Virus record (IMG/VR): IMGVR_UViG_3300038443_000660 | Span: 66,082 to 130,081 of that record | Reading direction: 5' to 3' (one strand) | Length of the DNA: 64,000 nt | From: a virus | Taxonomy: Duplodnaviria > Heunggongvirae > Uroviricota > Caudoviricetes | In this document: positions 63,461-64,000 of the stretch, in pieces | Position numbering within the stretch: position 1 is the stretch's first letter | How the letters are laid out: each line of letters opens with the position of its first letter | Notes under the pieces: generated by a model | What the model was told of the DNA's origin: nothing | The model's input: the letters and a program-made list of their open reading frames with translations, nothing else | The model's database searches: none | Made by a program: the position numbers and the translations under genes

Positions 63461-63747
63461 ATCTTAAATCCTTCCGTGAAAGTTCCAGCAAATCTTGATG
63501 CCAAACTCTCATGTGTATCTGCTTTCAATAATTTTACAATATATGCAGAATTTCGCCATTTCAAAACAGAAACCAACCAATCTTTGGGGCGTGCCATCGC
63601 ATATTCATAGGCAGCTTTCCTTGCGGCTCTATAGTCATCTTGCCTTTTTTGCAGCTTTGGATTTTTTCGTAATCGCTCACGTAAGGCCCATTCATACATC
63701 AACGCATCCATGCGATAATCGAATGGGTGATAAATTTCATGTGGCAT
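63451..63747 (-). CDS. hypothetical protein
   Basis: 98 aa ORF. Confidence 0.35.
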   Translation of the reverse strand: MPHEIYHPFDYRMDALMYEWALRERLRKNPKLQKRQDDYRAARKAAYEYAMARPKDWLVSVLKWRNSAYIVKLLKADTHESLASRFAGTFTEGFKICK

Positions 63748-63985
63748 GAAGTGACGAACTCCAATAGCTTATGTAATCAATTGTAGAGCCTTCGTCATAT
63801 ATCCGATTACCTTGAAAAATTTCAGGGCAATCGTGCGTCACTGGCGCTCCACACGCCATTGTTGATAAATGCTCTGGTGTGCAAACAAATGTTGGGTTGT
63901 TGGGAACACCAACAACCCAACCACATTTACGGCAAAGCATTTCCTCTTTACCATATGGTTTGAAATCGTGTTTACGATATTTCAT
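63737..63985 (-). CDS. Cys-rich hypothetical protein
   Basis: 82 aa; CRKCGW...CTPEH...CGAP...C. Confidence 0.35.
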   Translation of the reverse strand: MKYRKHDFKPYGKEEMLCRKCGWVVGVPNNPTFVCTPEHLSTMACGAPVTHDCPEIFQGNRIYDEGSTIDYISYWSSSLHAT

Positions 63986-64000
63986 TTTCCGTGCATAATC

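Overview
This window reads as an accessory/early region of a large virulent tailed phage. It is AT-rich, tightly packed and almost entirely transcribed leftward. About 120 mostly small minus-strand ORFs are interspersed with roughly 20 tRNA genes, and only two convincing plus-strand genes are present. I found no integrase, transposase, CRISPR array or rRNA.

Four functional themes can be recognised from motifs:
- A large tRNA/RNA maintenance toolkit. It comprises a CCA-adding enzyme, two RNA-ligase-family proteins (one fused to HNH, one fused to a tRNA-binding OB domain), a 2H/LigT-like phosphoesterase, a PTH2-like peptidyl-tRNA hydrolase, metallophosphatases, HAD and NT5C phosphatases and a NADAR domain.
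- Alarmone metabolism. A RelA/SpoT-type small alarmone synthetase-like gene sits on the plus strand, and a separate small HD-domain alarmone hydrolase lies about 30 kb away.
- An NAD+ salvage set: NadR-like NMNAT/ribosylnicotinamide kinase, PnuC and NadE.
- Host-like or accessory proteins: a GapR/DUF2312-like protein, an SPFH lipoprotein, a periplasmic solute-binding protein, a secreted His-rich protein, a vWA protein, a TerD-like giant protein, two T5orf172 proteins and two AAA+ ATPases.

A highly conserved sigma70-like promoter family drives the leftward operons and several tRNAs; on the minus strand it reads TTGACATTC..CTACA..TATTATATAAAT. Several rho-independent terminators are recognisable. 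A few GC-richer islands lie in the AT-rich backbone.

Non-coding regions worth attention are an ~0.85 kb ORF-free, terminator-bounded region that is rich in GNRA hairpins on the minus strand (candidate large structured RNA), a ~0.45 kb structured ORF-free region next to tRNA-Ile, and an iteron-like repeat block. Several tRNAs fold non-canonically by hand.

Every call is from reading motifs in the sequence, with no database searches, so product names are family-level inferences and coordinates of starts are approximate.
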